Below, piece by piece: positions 62,727 through 64,000 of a DNA stretch of 64,000 nt; positions within the stretch are counted from its first letter, which is position 1, and every line of letters begins with the position of its first letter. The stretch comes from Candidatus Atelocyanobacterium thalassae. GTDB lineage: Bacteria > Cyanobacteriota > Cyanobacteriia > Cyanobacteriales > Microcystaceae. The notes below the pieces were generated by a model that saw nothing but the letters and a program-made list of their open reading frames with translations, was not told the DNA's origin and made no database searches. The stretch is from NCBI GenBank assembly GCA_051971635.1, contig JBFPLN010000001.1, forward strand, positions 160,001 through 224,000. Reading direction: 5' to 3'. The position numbers and the translations under genes were made by a program.

Positions 62727-63845
62727 GTGATTAATTCTAGTATTTCTCAAAACCTACTAAAAACACCTATATACGATCTCATCATTGAAGAAAAAGCCAA
62801 AATGATAGATTTTTTTGGTTGGAATATGCCTATTCAGTTTAGTGGTATTCAGACAGAACATAATGCTGTTAGAAATAGTGTTGGAATATTTGATATTTCT
62901 CATATGGGTAAACTTTTAATAGAAGGAGATGAGTTAGTCTCCTTATTACAGTTCCTTGTCCCATCAGATATTAAACGATTAGTTCCTGGAAAAGCACAAT
63001 ATACAACATTTTTGAATTCCAATGGCGGAATAATAGACGACATTATCATCTATTATCAAACCCCCAAAAAAGCCATAATCATAACTAATTCATCGACAAA
63101 AGATAAAGATATAAAGTGGATTGAATCAAATACTAAATCTAATTCACTTAAAGTAACTGATTTATCTCAAAAAAATGTTTTACTGGCAATTCAAGGACCA
63201 AAAGCTTTGGAAAAGTTACAGTTATTTACTACTAATGAAATAGCACAGTTATCTTTCTTTGAACATGTAGAGACTGAGATATTAGGATATCCTGCTTTTA
63301 TATCTCGTACAGGATACACAGGAGAAGATGGTTTTGAAATCATGGTTTCAGATACAATAGGAAAAAAGTTGTGGAAATTGTTTGTTGACGAAAAAGTCGT
63401 ACCTTGTGGATTAGGGGCTAGAGATACTTTACGTTTAGAAGCATCTATGTGTTTATATGGTCAAGATATTAATGAAAATACCACGCCTTTAGAGGCTGGT
63501 TTAAATAATTTGGTACATTTAAATAGTAAAGGAGATTTTATAGGGCGAGAAGTCTTAGAAAGACAAGCTAAAGAAGGAATTAATAAATTATTGGTAGTGT
63601 TAGAAATGGAAGGAAAACAAATTGCTCGACGTGGATATAATGTTTTTGCTAACGGTGAGTATGTAAGTACAATAACTAGTGGTACATTTATTCCGACGAC
63701 AAAGAAATCTTTATCATTTACTTATCTCCCTATTTATTTAAGCCAAGTAGGAACAGTCGTTAATGTAGAAATAAGAGAAAAATTTTATCCAGCAAAAGTT
63801 ATACAAAAAACATTTTTTAAATCAAAAAAAAAAAATAAGAGATAA
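62727..63845 (+). CDS. gcvT: Glycine cleavage system aminomethyltransferase T
   Basis: FDISHMG, GGIIDD, SRTGYTGEDGFE, GLGARDTLRLEA. Confidence 0.95.
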   Translation: MINSSISQNLLKTPIYDLIIEEKAKMIDFFGWNMPIQFSGIQTEHNAVRNSVGIFDISHMGKLLIEGDELVSLLQFLVPSDIKRLVPGKAQYTTFLNSNGGIIDDIIIYYQTPKKAIIITNSSTKDKDIKWIESNTKSNSLKVTDLSQKNVLLAIQGPKALEKLQLFTTNEIAQLSFFEHVETEILGYPAFISRTGYTGEDGFEIMVSDTIGKKLWKLFVDEKVVPCGLGARDTLRLEASMCLYGQDINENTTPLEAGLNNLVHLNSKGDFIGREVLERQAKEGINKLLVVLEMEGKQIARRGYNVFANGEYVSTITSGTFIPTTKKSLSFTYLPIYLSQVGTVVNVEIREKFYPAKVIQKTFFKSKKKNKR

Positions 63846-63908
63846 CACATTATTTATGAAAGTTATTCAATAGTTGAAACTGATACTGATGTTATTAATT
63901 TACCTTTT

Positions 63909-64000
63909 ATGAAAAATTCTTATTTGCTCTGGCTAATTATTAGCATAAGTTTTTTTATTTTATTTGGATGTTCTAGCTTAAGACATTCTCTCTTCCAGTC
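63909..64000 (+). CDS. Putative lipoprotein, N-terminus (truncated by window end)
   Basis: MKNSYLLWLIISISFFILFGCSSLRHSLFQ: basic N-terminus, hydrophobic core, LFGC lipobox-like motif. Confidence 0.55.
   Translation, partial: MKNSYLLWLIISISFFILFGCSSLRHSLFQ

Overview
AT-rich, gene-reduced cyanobacterial chromosome segment. Most genes are housekeeping: recN, truB, alr, rpsF, lysS, dnaK/dnaJ, ndhH, ndhL, cupB, aroF, aroK, queC, cobU, ktrAB, gcvT and others. It also carries two tRNAs (fMet-CAT, Ser-CGA), a 6S RNA and an S6:S18-type rpsF leader. Low GC, near-absence of HIP1, long eroded spacers and Chroococcales-type proteins suggest a reduced symbiont/organelle such as UCYN-A (Ca. Atelocyanobacterium thalassa). 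That identity is inferred, not verified. Main observations: (1) A dCMP deaminase-dUTPase-thymidylate synthase cluster whose ThyA core is flanked by an MtrA-like N-terminal domain and a DUF4346-like C-terminal domain. (2) A chromosomal CyRepA1-type primase-helicase Rep gene with three palindromes just upstream. (3) Several apparently empty spacers hold readable gene fossils at the positions expected from cyanobacterial synteny: thrC, trpA and yqeK (good), pyrC-like (moderate), and aroH, proC and gmhA (weak). No CRISPR array, rRNA or intact IS element was seen. All homology calls are by eye against remembered family consensus, with no database search.
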